A DNA stretch of 63,423 bases, filler included, from Lenisia limosa (GCA_001655205.1; 10 parts of 10 records of this genome joined end to end with filler, not necessarily neighbours in it); one strand, 5' to 3'. Counted from the first letter of the whole stretch, positions 47,211 to 60,282 are shown. The notes: generated by a model not told the origin, from the sequence alone. A program made the numbers and translations.

Positions 47211-50200
47211 NATCCCGTCAAACTTGCCCCCTGAGCGTCATGCTCCCTTCAGAAAGCGCCGCATTGTTGCCGCAGTTTCTGACCGAACGATTGCGTTCCT
47301 GCAATCTGTTCTGAGCCTCCCGGGTACAGGTCAATTGGTGCTGAAAAGTGATGCTGTTGTGGCGTGTGAGGTTGGTGGGCTTTGATTGGTTTTTTTGTTT
47401 TTCTCTTTGTTTATGCCTATTTTCAGAATTCCATCCCTTCCTCCCCTTCCTATTGTAATTATAACAATTAAGTGGTTTAATTTTTAATTATTTTTGCCAA
47501 AGAGGTGAATTTTATTTCGTAGTAGGGTCTTCTTACCAAACACATAGGTGCTAATTCTTACACATAGGTGCTAATTGATGATGCGCTTCTTCGGCCCCAA
47601 GCCTTGAGCTTCCTCACCAAAGTGGTGGACGCTTTCCCTGATGTATGCACTGATTCTATTAGAGCTAGAGATTTTATTACACATACGGAATATCCAACTC
47701 ATCGTTGTTTTTTTTTAAAATATATAATAGAGTGGTCTCTTAAACAGTAACTTCTGCTGAAGTCAAGGTTAATGACAATACTGTCCTGATCAAATTAGAA
47801 ATTCAGTTTTTACATGATGACTTTTACAGTGACCAGGATAAGTCTTGACCGATTTGATCTATGATTTCCCAAGGAAAATGAGCCAGGACTTATTCTGGTC
47901 ACTGTATATGATATAGTTAAAATATCTATCATTTCATTTCTAACCATTCAGCATGACATAGCCATCAATATAGTCGCATCAATGGCTAGTGTCCTTGCGA
48001 CCCTGGCTGGAAGTGAGCATTTCCCCGAGCCTGTTGGCCGATCTATTCTACCAGACGTCATCAAAGGCGAACCAATCAGGTCCAGTGCTGGTTTCAACGA
48101 AGACGAGCTTGCCGACTGCTTATTGGAAGTCATGCTCCTTCGTAACGAACTAGGTACAGGCTATCCCTGTGTAGCGGACAGTTCCGATGCAATCCCCCGT
48201 ACGCCCTCGCCTCAGCCCTTCACTGTCCCCGGTTATAGCACCGAGAAGCCAAGTACTGAGCTTCATCGCAATCCCATTTTTGCAGGCTGTCAGACTCTTC
48301 AGACAGCCGTATCGGACCTTGTGGTTTGGCCCAAAGCCTCAGGTGTTGTGCACACCCTTCCTGGCTGCCAGCTTTTTGACCTGATTCCCGAGCTGATTTC
48401 CGCAGTCCATGGCAGGCCGAAGCTCCAGGCTGTTTTCGTACAGGAATCTGGGATGGAATCAGCTGCCGTTCTTTCACGACGAGTCTGCCTCTGGAAACCG
48501 CAGTCTGACAACACAACGTGGGTGTTGCAGGTGACTACCGATCTTCTCACTTGTCTCCTATGTACGTTCGAGGCTCTCTCTGTGGGATCCTCAGTGGCTG
48601 TCGATAAGGTCAGGAAAATGGCCATTTTGACCCGACTTGGTCCTCTCTTGGCTCAAAGTCCGCTATTGAAGACGCCCTTCATCATCCCATTGATCCATTC
48701 CTTACTGCAATTTGCCGTGCAAAGCTCTAGTGTCGGCCCCTGCTTTTCCCACTGTTGGTCCTCTGATTTGCCAACTCCAAATGGTAAAACGGGAGGACAG
48801 TAGTACTTTTGGTTTAAATTTCTAAGCAAAATGTTAGGGTAAATTAATAGTTTTTAGTTTTGAATGAGTTGCTAGACACTCCTTTTTCATCATTCATCAT
48901 TCATCATCAATTCAAAATTTGCTATTTATTGCTCCCAGTGATATGTTCATCTTCTGTAGCGCCGTATCCCGAAGCATGGCCAAATTGTGCCGTCTGTGGT
49001 GGTGCAGCCTCGCCAAAAGACGCAATTTCAGGTTTGAGCCTTCTTGGCTAACATTTCCACAATACACAGCATTGATACCTCGCTTATGTATTACACCAAT
49101 TATGGTACAACATCTCTAAGATGTGGGGTTTTTTACGGCATACCATCTATATTCACCTGAGTCGTACACTCAGATACATCAAATAGTCATCTATTCATTG
49201 AATATTATGATGTTCAACTGTGGTCCGAAACACTTCGCAACAATATCGATAGTTTCTTATATTTTTTCGAGAATTTGAGGACCAAAGGGAATCTGCAGAT
49301 ACCATAATATTACATTTATTGAGCCACTGACCCCGATAGTGAAGTTGTCCGACGTATGCGGTGCTGTCGGTATCTGTGTCAACTATGGAAACGGTTGTGG
49401 CAAATGTCGAAGTAGCGGGACTGTTATCTGGCCTGAAGCCGTGGTGATAGCCTTCCGTTTGTGTAGTCAGTCGATTGAGGCCTGTCGAAACGAGGTTGGG
49501 TGAATGACATTTTTTTTGTTTTCCATGAGAAATTCAACTGAGCCAGTATATTATTTAAGTGTGTTATCGAGTTTTACTTTGTAAGAAACCCAGAAAGAAA
49601 AAAACTAAAATTTTGAGTTCTCAATTAATTTGATTGAGGTATACACCGTATTCCTCCCATCTCATTCTCAAAGGAAGTGATCGTTTCTGAGTCTCCTGTT
49701 ATGCCAAAGGTTGAGCCTTGTCCAGCCGTTCCAATGCCACTACCAATAGAAGGTTGGTACTCATCAGACTGTTTGATTTGTTAATATTCATGGATGTTTT
49801 TTTCTATATTATATTGACAATTTATCGATTACATATTTATATTCCATTCTTAATACTGGCGGAAAACCTTATTTCCCGCAACTAGCTTTTAAATTAACTG
49901 CCAAGAAGCTTTATCCGATAATTAACTCCTTTAGAACCAGCAAGTGATCATCAAGAAGGGCTTTCGAGCTTCCCTATTCCTTCTAACGGATTTCCCACGA
50001 TCAACAGTGACATGTACGCACAGTAATTTTTGAATCATTTAACAACGTAACTTGCAAGTTACATGATGATTTTTTTTGGTACCATGTTTTCCTTGATATT
50101 GTTATGTGATCTTGTATTTGTTTGACATATTTCTTGATCGCTTAGTGACTCTGGACAACTTTCGGATTTGGAGTTTTCTTCCCAAGTTGGAGGGAGGGGG

Positions 50201-51525
50201 GACCTGTTAAATTCTACAATGAATTACCCTGGATTGTGCATAACCCATGATTTTGTTATTACTATTTGTATGAAATTTAATGCTCAACGCAGGCGGACAC
50301 CCCCCTGTCGACTCCTCGATCTCAGCATGCAACCGACTACAACAGTGCAACACCCGCACCGTCTCCGTCATTTGAAGACCCCCCTGTTCAGGTATGGAGA
50401 GGCTTTGGTTCGAAAACGACTGAATGATAAATCCTCGAAACCTATCGATATTTACCGGTTTATTTTGAACCGAAGTGAATCGCTAGTTATATTACATGGC
50501 TTTCACGCCTTGAGTGTACAGAAGACATCGATGTTCACTACATTTTTGTTAGCTTGTTTCTTCTTCCTTCAGAGATTATATTGTCATTCTTTTAGATTAT
50601 CGTAGCGGCGGAGGCGCAGGCGTCCATTCTGCGCCTATCGGCGTGGCTTGCCGCAATCATGCCGTCAAACGCTCTGGCACTGGCCCAGGCGGGCTTCATA
50701 GAGGAGATTGTCTCGTGGCTTAGAAATGTGAGTTTGTTGATGATCAGATCAGAGTTTCACCTTTTCTGAAATACTCGTTACAAGTTGGAGACAAATGTAC
50801 AAATGATTATTGTATTGTTAATAATGGGAAACAAAAAGCTATTCATTTGTCATTTTCTGCATTACTACATTTTGTGAACATTTAGCCCCTGCTCTCTGCC
50901 CCAAACTGCATCATCGCTAACCTGGCGCTGACCGCTATCGAACTTGTTGGAGCTGCCTCTCTGAACCCTCAAGCCGCCAGGGTGTTGCTCTCCTTACCAG
51001 TCGGCTGGTTCTTTGAATGGGAGTAATATCTAAAGTAAACTATGTTTTCAATATTTTAGTTCTTGGAATTGTCAATTATATTTTCCGCAAGCCCTGTTTT
51101 TACTCCAACCCAGATCAACCAACTCCCCGTCATGCGGCACGACCTTGCGCACTGGTTGTTACCCCATGAGCGGCAATATTGCCCGCCTATGAAAAGAGTG
51201 GGGAGACTGGATAGGTCTTTCATATATTATATATGGAAGAATACTTGGTGTGGGAAAGTAGCAGTCACGCTTTCTATTTTAATATTTTTGTACCTTATTC
51301 ACATGCATTTCACTTTCAACATTCACAGTGANNNNNNNNNNNNNNNNNNNNNNNNNNNNNNNNNNNNNNNNNNNNNNNNNNNNNNNNNNNNNNNGATTCA
51401 TATTCTCTTGATCCAGAAACTCTTTTCTGTTCTCAAAAATCTGTGACGGGATCATCTTTACTAGTTTTTAGGTCACACAGCCCCCGAAAATTCGACCCAG
51501 CCAAGGGATGCCCATGTCTCCAGGT
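47211..51525 (+). CDS. Large helical-repeat (ARM/HEAT-like) hypothetical protein, partial
   Basis: Exons VLIDDALLRPQALSFLTKVVDAFPD|HDIAINIVASMASVLATL... (long exon ~47951-48720), AAEAQASILRLSAWLAAIMPSNALALAQAGFIEEIVSWLRN|PLLSAPNCIIANLALTAIELVGAASLNPQAARVLLSLP; Leu/Ala amphipathic helices; no specific family recognised. Confidence 0.6.
47825..47906. mobile_element. Tc1-type MITE family M2 copy
   Basis: TA CAGTGACCAGGATAAGTCTTGACC...GGACTTATTCTGGTCACTG TA. Confidence 0.85.
50397..50485. mobile_element. MITE family M1 copy
   Basis: GGCTTTGGTTCGAAAACGACTGAAT...TTTTGAACCGAAGTGAATCGCTA. Confidence 0.7.
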
Positions 51526-51687
51526 ATGAGTTGACTAAGCAGGAATGATTATTAAACAGTTGTTTATTTCTTTTCTATTTCATAATTGAATTTTTTTTTG
51601 GAGTGATAGGATGTGGTGCACAGAAGCGACTGACCTGGGTTTGTTTTGTTTTGTTGTTATCAACCCTCGTTTGTTGTCAGCCAACAG

Positions 51688-51787
51688 NNNNNNNNNNNNN
51701 NNNNNNNNNNNNNNNNNNNNNNNNNNNNNNNTTAATTAATTAANNNNNNNNNNNNNNNNNNNNNNNNNNNNNNNNNNNNNNNNNNNN
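51688..51787. other. Artificial contig linker 7
   Basis: 44N-TTAATTAATTAA(51732-51743)-44N. Confidence 0.97.
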
Positions 51788-51869
51788 GGGGGGGGGGGGA
51801 GTAAAATTGGAAATATATGAAACAAAAAAGCCCAAAATCAACTCTGTTGGCTGAACACACGAGGGTTGA

Positions 51870-54800
51870 TTAAAATGGATAATGGATAAGGGCTCTGAGA
51901 GCTACTATGGACAGAACCAAAAAGAGTCCTATGATCAAGCAAGCCAGGAGGGCGAACCAAAGGTAGGCGGTGGAAACGGTCTCGTTGAGAACAGTGCTGC
52001 GGACAAAGTCAATAGTGGTCAAACTGCCTTCACGCTCAAAGAAGAAGTCTAAAGGGTGAGGCGCTTCTCTTTCAGGCAACACAAGGGTCGTGATGTGAAG
52101 TGACCAAGTCAGTATCCCGTCATAGTCCATATCGAGGCATAAGACGTACCTGGTGAGTCGTGCTTGACAGGCTCGCCCTTGGAGATGACAAACTGGAACT
52201 TGGCCTCAAACTCATGAAGGGCTTCCTCCTAAAGCGTTAGTGTCGGGAGAGAAGGGATCATGAGAAGGGCATTGCTATTTGCAAAAAATATATCGAGAAT
52301 TTAGGATTACGTGAGAACATGCGATAGAGACACAATGAAGATCAAGAGGTCGCATGCGAACCTTGAGGTAGACGGCTGGGCCAGTACGCATGACCTTGCC
52401 AGTGTCGGGAATGCGGAGGAAGCGGGAGGTGAACATAAGCTCCGAGCTAAACCGTGAAGAACCATTTGACAGGATTTTTAAAGATATGTAGCACCGCGAA
52501 GAAGCCCTCAAAAAATCTGGTAAAAAGCCGACCTAGTTGCCTCAGTCACATCGCTGAACACGCCGTTGTAACCTTCTCCTTGGATCTGAACCGTCAAATC
52601 AATTTCAACCAGCAAACTGCCAAATGCACAAATTTTTTTGAGACCCAGATTTTCCCTGGAACACAGCAAGACAAAACGATCACCCCCCCCCCCTTACGTG
52701 CCAGTTTTTGATGCTACCAACGAGGTCAATGTTGCCACAGTACATGCCGGTGATGTAGGTGGCGGAGGTGTGGACCTTGAAGTTCTTGGACTGGAGAGTA
52801 AGACCATTCATGTACTGCTTCCACTACCTCCCCCCCCTCCTCGCTAACCAGAACAAGGTTGGAAGTGTGTCCGGGCTTGATGTGGAAGTTGACCGTTTCG
52901 CCGTTAGAGGGAGAGAGCTTGCTAGGCATTTGGGCCTTGACGTGAACAGTAGAGGGGGATTGGCTGCAACGTTAACAAAGACGAGAAGACACATAATGAA
53001 ACTCAGAGTGAAGAGAAGTATGTATATTGAAGAAGCAAAATAACCCGCAAACGAAGGAGGGAAAGCAATGGCAGCCAGCATGTCGCGACGCGTGTAAGAG
53101 GTCAGCTCAGCGAAGTAACTGACAGAGTTAGACAACAGCAATGCACAAGTGATCAGGAATCACGGCAATATTCATACTGGGGGAGGGACTTGTCGACAAT
53201 GACTTGGTTATCGGAGTCAATGATGTATCCAGCAGATTGGTCAGTGGTGCCGTATTCGAGGGACTGGGAGATAAGATGCAGGCCTGTATTAGGAATCGTA
53301 ACACAAACCACAGAAAGAAATGAAAAACGTTCAACTGAGTCTTTTCCCTGATACCTGGTGGAGGACAAGACTGTTGCTGTGGACACATGCGTTCTGATAA
53401 CGTAAAAAAGAGGGGATTTATTTGAAGTAAGAGAAAAAAATAGGTAAAGGACGAGAGAAGAGGAAAAAAGAAGTACTAAAACAAAAAATCAGTCGATGAT
53501 GAAATGGCGATTCAACCTTTTTTCCATGTCAATGGGTATTATGAAAGTTTCTCTTTGAACCATTCCACGTTGCCAACATACAGCAGCAAAGCCGACGGAG
53601 GTGGCGAACATGTCATATTCTCCAACGCGGGGAACCTGAAAAATGTAAAAGCGGAAGGAAAAACCATGATATCGAAAGAAAACTGATTATTTTACAATAA
53701 ATTCTTTGAATCTTCCGCACAGTAGTATGCTTGCTAAGAGAAGAACAAAAACACCCACAAATCCCTACCTTGTTGGTGTAAGAGAACTCGTACTCAGAAC
53801 CATGGCAAGTCATGTGGATGAGCTGCAGTGTCACATGTGCCTTACAAAAGACAAAAGAGTAAAACATAGAGCAACCTTGAAAAGAAAATAACAGGATCCT
53901 GAGCTGCCACTCAAAGCATCATTGAGACAAAAGGTAATTAAGCAAAAAGAGAGTCTCAAGTTAGGTGGCTTACATCCTTGCAAGAGGCGCCTTGACGGAA
54001 CAAATCGCAGTGGCAGAATTGCTTGGCGGTTCCGGTGATGAGAGTACCGTAGTTGCCACACTGGGAGATGTTATTGAAAAATTTAATTTTTTAAAAAAGA
54101 AGCCCAAAATCAACTCAGTTGGCACACGGTAGGGCAATGAGCCTTCAATAACACACAACATAACCATGAAACAGCCATGACACCTGTGACAAGGTTTCCC
54201 GATCAAAACTAAATGCATCCAAGATGAACATCAGCAATTCACATTCTTTTATCTATGCTTGTGACCCGCTTACGATATAGGGGTCGCGACGCATGGCGGA
54301 GACCTTGACCTTTTCGGGCCATGGGCCCACACCAGCAACAAAGACCATAACCTTGGTCTGAGGGGGGGGGGGAGTCAAATCAAGAGAATTTCGTGGTAGT
54401 GGATTGGTGTGAAGGAATAGAAGAATCAAAAATAGGGTATTTCAAGATACCATGACATATAAAGCCAAGGCTCCCCCATACCAAAGCCTTGGGAGCAACA
54501 TAGGTAGCAAAAGAAGAAGTGCGGAGAGATACAGGGGCTAATGAGTTAGTTAGAGCCACGAAGCAAGCAAAAAAGAGGATAATAATAATAAAAATATGTC
54601 ATAGATCAAGCATACTATGCTTGAACTTCTCAAGAGTGGCAAGAGTGTTCTGAATTTCCATTTCTTCGCAACCAACCTGTTGCGATTAGAGAAAACCCAA
54701 ACAAAAGTTATAAAGCATTTTCCACGTTTTTTTAAAGCAATAGAATGCTGCTCACATCAGCATCGCAAATGAGGACTTCAACAAGAGGTTGACGGAACCC

Positions 54801-56806
54801 TTCATTGTAGACCTCAGCGGGCTCCCAATAAGCTCCAACCTGGATGATGTCTCCTGCGAGGCCATAAAGGGGCAAAAATAAGACAATGATATGGTATGAT
54901 GTACCAAAATGTGACAGATATAAGCCCATAATGTGTTTAAAGTTGTCTGACGAACCGGCATCAGCCTCAACAAAGAGCTGGACGAAAGAGCGGTGGAGAT
55001 CAAGGTTGACAGCGGAGGGGATGGCGGCACCGTAGACAACGCTCATCTTAGTCTGCTCGTTCTCGGCTCTGCCAGAATGAATATGATATGCAGTGAAACG
55101 GTTTCAACTTTATGTTGCAAACCAACTTCGACAATTCAGAGTATGAAAAAACTCTCTCATAGCAACGTCCTCTCAACTAATCCCAGGAGCTCACGTGACA
55201 TGTGTGGGGATGATTCTGACGGTGGTGATCTGAACATCTTGAGCAGCATCACTGGTGACGGGAGTGGTCTGCATGGAGGTCTTGCGCTGGGCCTGAGGGG
55301 AGGGGGGGTGAGTTCAGTTTACCTTGAGAAGTTAAAGACAAGGTCAAAAAGTTAAAATTCAGGATTAAAGATTAATGTAGCCTCACATTGATGTAGATGG
55401 GGACTTCACTTGGGTAGAGCATGCCGTACTTTCTGACCATGCGGCCTTCAGCGGAAACCATAGGGCCGCTCAGAACCTTGAATTGCGCTCCGGTTGGCAT
55501 TTTCTATGCGGTCACAGATATGACACAAGTAAGTTGCTGTAAATTTTGTGAAAGTTAAACGGCTGCTTGCGAAGATAAAAGAGAAAAATAAACACAGTGA
55601 TTCTCCAATAATGCCATGTACCTTGTGAGTAGTGGAGCAAGAAATTGCGATGGGCTTGCCAAGAGTGACAGCAATCTCCTGAGTGCAGCCATTGTAGGTT
55701 TGGCTGTGAAGTCAAAACGCACAAACAGAATGCAAGAGAGAGGAAAAACAAAAAAACAAACATACGGGAGGTACTTCTGAACGTGGATGGAGTCGAGGCC
55801 ATGGAAGGACTTGTTCTCAGCAATAAGGTGATGGTTGACTTGGAAGAGCATGACACATCCTTCGTTCCAGTCACTAGAAGATTAGCCAGATCTGACAGGA
55901 CATATGTAGCTCCATTTGTCTGGTCCATTGCAACGATGATCGAATCCGTCAGAAGTAATTAAGCAACCGCCCTCACTCAACGTCAACGGCAGCGAAGGCA
56001 GGGTTGGCGTCGGAGAGGTAGGACAGCTTGGTGGCTTCCTCGACACGGGGTTGGGCCATGATGGTCACGCGGAGGGGCTCGGGAGAAGATCCGCCAGCCA
56101 TGAACTGACAAGTAAGATGTCTTTGGCATTCAAGACTGAATGGAAAGCAAGCTTTACGCAATATATCCTCCAGCTCATGTAACAGGTGGACCCACAGTAA
56201 AGTCGGCCATGAGGGAAGAGAACAGATGGTTCTCCTCAGGGACAGGACAGTGGTAGGCAATTGCATGTCCAGGGGCAACTTGGGAGTAGGTGTGGTCGCC
56301 AACATCAGTAATAACTACAGTGTCACACTATCCCTGACTTGAAAGGCTATTTAGGTCGAGCCACGAGAATGAAAGAAAGACTTACGATGAAGGGATAACT
56401 CCTTGTACTGGACAACAACCTTGATGGTGGTTCCTTCCTTGTTAGCACTGAAGTAGTCGAACTACACCAGTGACAAAACAAATAGCCACAAATACACGTA
56501 TTACCCTCAACTCCAAAGCGTACCACAACATCTTGTCTCTTGCCGTTATCGTGGAAAGCAATACCTTCGTCAAACTTCCAGGGAACCATTGTGCGACGGT
56601 ACTGCTGTGTCAGATGCCAAAGAAAAGAAAAGTTCATGAATGGGAGGGAGATTCATATGTTTTAATTCGAGACTGGAAATAGAGATGTTAGATTCGATCA
56701 AAGCACCCACCTGGGAAACAAAAGACTGATCATTGTCATTGAGAGATCCTCCGAAGTATCCGATATCGGTGCCAGCAAAGTCCGTTCCGTCAATATTGAA
56801 GGTAAC
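51870..56806 (-). CDS. Type I single-pass surface protein with one EGF-like motif and a C-terminal TM helix, about 20 exons, 5'-partial
   Basis: Chain of largely phase-consistent exons with strongly C-ending codons; CGNYGTLITGTAKQFCHCDLFRQGASCKD (EGF-like, ~53975-54061); last exon ...STAYLWFALLACLIIGLFLVLSIVALRALIHYPF* (TAA at 51872-51870). Confidence 0.75.
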
Positions 56807-56907
56807 CTAAGGAATGCCAATTACATATAATTTGAGACAGGTAAAAATATAGTTGATATTAAATATTATACTATCTAATATATATTTGCGGCCTTTCAAA
56901 ATTCCGT

Positions 56908-57007
56908 NNNNNNNNNNNNNNNNNNNNNNNNNNNNNNNNNNNNNNNNNNNNTTAATTAATTAANNNNNNNNNNNNNNNNNNNNNNNNNNNNNNNNNNNNN
57001 NNNNNNN
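56908..57007. other. Artificial contig linker 8
   Basis: 44N-TTAATTAATTAA(56952-56963)-44N. Confidence 0.97.
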
Positions 57008-58063
57008 TAAAACTCATTTTCCAAACACCCGCCTCCCCTAACACCCTTTTAGGAAACAAGGAAAATGTTGAAAACGTACAAACAGAGTCTATTGCACCAG
57101 TTACCCTGTAAGCTGAAACCACAGGGGGGCATACCCAGGTTTCACTCCGATATATCAATGATTTATCGAGAAATTCAGCCATTTTCTTGATAGGAGAGAA
57201 GCCCTAGGATACCCCATCATCAGACCCACCCCCCCCNNNNNNNNNNNNNNNNNNNNNNNNNNNNNNNNNNNNNNNNNNNNNNNNNNNNNNNNNNNNNNNN
57301 NNNNNNNNNNNNNNNNNNNNNNNNNNNNNNNNNNNNNNNNNNNNNNNNNNNNNNNNNNNNNNNNNNNNNNNNNNNNNNNNNNNNNNNNNNNNNNNNNNNN
57401 NNNNNNNNNNNNNNNNNNNNNNNNNNNNNNNNNNNNNNNNNNNNNNNNNNNNNNNNNNNNNNNNNNNNNNNNNNNNNNNNNNNNNNNNNNNNNNNNNNNN
57501 NNNNNNNNNNNNNNNNNNNNNNNNNNNNNNNNNNNNNNNNNNNNNNNNNNNNNNNNNNNTGATTGATTGATGCTGTACTCTATTTCCGCTCAATTACTTC
57601 ATACATTGACAGCGATAAGTCCTGACACGATTCACTAAAGATAGAGCTTAAAATCAGTGTTATTATTCATAGGTTTTCATCACAAACTAACACTAGCTAG
57701 ATTACTGGTCAAGGGATTCCACTCCTCATATATATGTACTAAATATATCGTCTGTACTTTGTATATTGGGGTGGTGCACGCTATTCCTGTTATTGCCGCG
57801 TCGGGCCGCGCGGCTTAAATTTTTTGAAGTGCTGAGAGTAAAACTACAAAAATCCAGAAAAATTCAACATGAAATGGCGCGAAGCGACAAAAAAAAATTG
57901 GCTATTTCAACTTTTTTTATTAGTGTAACTAATGTAATCACTGCTCCTTGGTGATTTATCTGTTTATCGGAACCCCAGGTTCTTTGGGTATTTAACACAT
58001 TCCATTGGGAGAATTGAGAAGAATTGAATTGTTGTCAAAAGAATCAAAATAGAAAATAAAGCA

Positions 58064-59690
58064 ATGGGGAAGGAGTCGCTTTACTCCGCAAGTTACGACC
58101 TGCAGAATGCCAGGTCCAACTCGACCCTGCTCTCCCCCTCCGAACGTCAAAACGAGCAGCACAAGCACCAGGAAGCACATGCCGACGAGATGCTGCTTCT
58201 TCTCTATCACACTTCGATCACCGAAGCCAGCCATTACCTTGTTGTAAGCGAACAGTGCTGATGAGCTCATTCCCAGGTCCTCTCTTCAATGTACTTCTGT
58301 CTTGCTATCGCGCTCTTTGTCCTTGAGAAATCGTTTGAGATCTTGGTGCTCTTCTGGGCCCTCTCGATCTTCACGGTATGTGATCCGATCTATTCAGATT
58401 CCCCAAATATTCTCGTTTAATGATCTGTCCGTATGTCAAAACGATTCTGATTTGGCGGCATTTGAGTGAAATAGCATATAAAATTTGAATCTTGCTTCTT
58501 CTCCCTGGCTTCCTTCTTGTCTAACTCAAAGTATTTATCCGCTGAGCCGAGTGGTATGATTTTATTTGCAGGAAAGACTCTCACAACTAGTGTCATAAAG
58601 ATTGAGGTTTTGAGGTTTAACTGCTGCTTGCTTGGCGTTTTTTTTTTGAAAACGCCTGTAGTTGCAAAAATTATCCATGTCATAAGTTTTGCAGTTGACT
58701 TTTTTTTATTTTTTTAACGAAAACAACCTTCCAATTGTAGATAGGCCATTTTCTGGAACTGCTTTGCGAAGAAATTGTTGAAGTTTGAAAATGAAACGAA
58801 GAACTGGTGTACAAATAGTTATCTTTTTCAGCGAGATATTTCCCAAGAGAGAAAAGCCCTATTTTGTTTTATTATTTTTTTTCTTTGTTGTGGTTATCTG
58901 TTATGTTTTTTTACAACGTTTTCCTCAACAGAAAACTCTGAGTAACAAAAGATGAAAACACTCGGATAATAAGAGAACGTCAACACAAACCACTCCTCTG
59001 TCAACTTAAAGGGATCAAGTTTTAATCGATATACAAATACAGGACCGAGGCAAATTAGTAATACAGGTCCGCGGATAATAAGTGAATTCAGGTCCGCGGG
59101 AAATATATGTAGAGGAAAACCGTTTAAGCTTGTTATTGTCAGGCCTACAACCACTTCTTTGTCATCAATGCAAACATCTCCTTTGTCCATAACCCAAAAC
59201 CTCTATATTGTCACAAATGCAAAACCTCTATATTGTCACCATCCATTTACTCTCCAGCTCTTCCAACGCTATGCTGGAGAGCAGATCTACATCCGATGCA
59301 AAGACAGTGTTTTTAATGTGGGTCGGGGGGTTATAGAGGGAGTGTTTTGCGTTTTCATTGGGAGGGGATTATGTTGTTTTTAACATGGGGGTGTTGTTTC
59401 CGTGTAGAGGAGTTTGTATTGTATTTTCAGTGAATGGGGAATGTGTAGAAGGGACAGAGTATTTGGTTACTTCTAATGTCTCCATAATAGTCCAATTTCA
59501 CAACCCAGGTCTTTATGATGGCTACGATCTTAGCCCACGTTTTCCTCCTCTTCTTTTCGTGCATGCGATCATCGGAGCTCACCCTACAAACCTACAACGG
59601 ACCTGTTTTGGGCATTTCCGTTATTGCCGTTTTGAGCAGCGTTATTCTAAAGAGCTTCATAGCGTTCAGCTTGATTCCGGTTCTAACGTG
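58064..59690 (+). CDS. Multi-pass membrane protein of unknown family, 3' end unresolved
   Basis: MGKESLYS...HYLV|(33-nt intron 58244-58276)VLSSMYFCLAIALFVLEKSFEILVLFWALSIFT|(22-nt intron 58376-58397)IPQIFSFNDLS|...|VFMMATILAHVFLLFFSC...VLGISVIAVLSSVILKSFIAFSLIPVL; several hydrophobic helices. Confidence 0.65.
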
Positions 59691-60282
59691 GGGGGGGGGG
59701 GGNNNNNNNNNNNNNNNNNNNNNNNNNNNNNNNNNNNNNNNNNNNNNNNNNNNNNNNNNNNNNNNNNNNNNNNNNNNNNNNNNNNNNNNNNNNNNNNNNN
59801 NCTGGCAACACACGATGGTCGATAATAACAAAACAAAAAGCCCAGGCCATTCGCTTCTGTAGCATCACATCCCATCACTCTATTGGGGGGTTGCTTCACA
59901 CGCAGTGATAATTGACCGACAAGTCTCAATGATACTCTGTTACACTCGGGATGAACCGTTGTGTTATATTCGCTCATCATTTCGACTTGCAAGTTGCTCG
60001 TACTATCAGATCACAAGTGGATATGGGTGTACATTTCGACATCAAAGTCGCACATAACCATATCATATTACTTGTTTTTGAAAAGGAGAAATAATATTCA
60101 TTAGAAATCTAGGGAACAACATTCACAAAGAATATCGGTTTTTAAGAACACGAAGTAAATATATCAATTATTTGAGGAAGAAAAATACAATTACCACAAA
60201 ATATGGGTCCACTTTTTTCTCACTTGTACAGGTTTATCCACTTCTTCCTCAACCACCATGGCTACAAGGCTGGTGACAACGG

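Noticed and set aside
53880-55385. Further TG acceptors or micro-exons in the surface-protein gene (near 53930 and 55320-55385)
   Set aside because: Tested TG acceptors gave stops or wrong phase, and canonical GT-AG models suffice there.
59040-59110. Three ~23-bp spaced repeats (aatacagg.ccg.gg) and the CCGGACA triplets at 6076-6121 as CRISPR-like arrays
   Set aside because: Too few, imperfect units without unique spacers of constant length, in a eukaryotic intron or TIR context with no cas genes.
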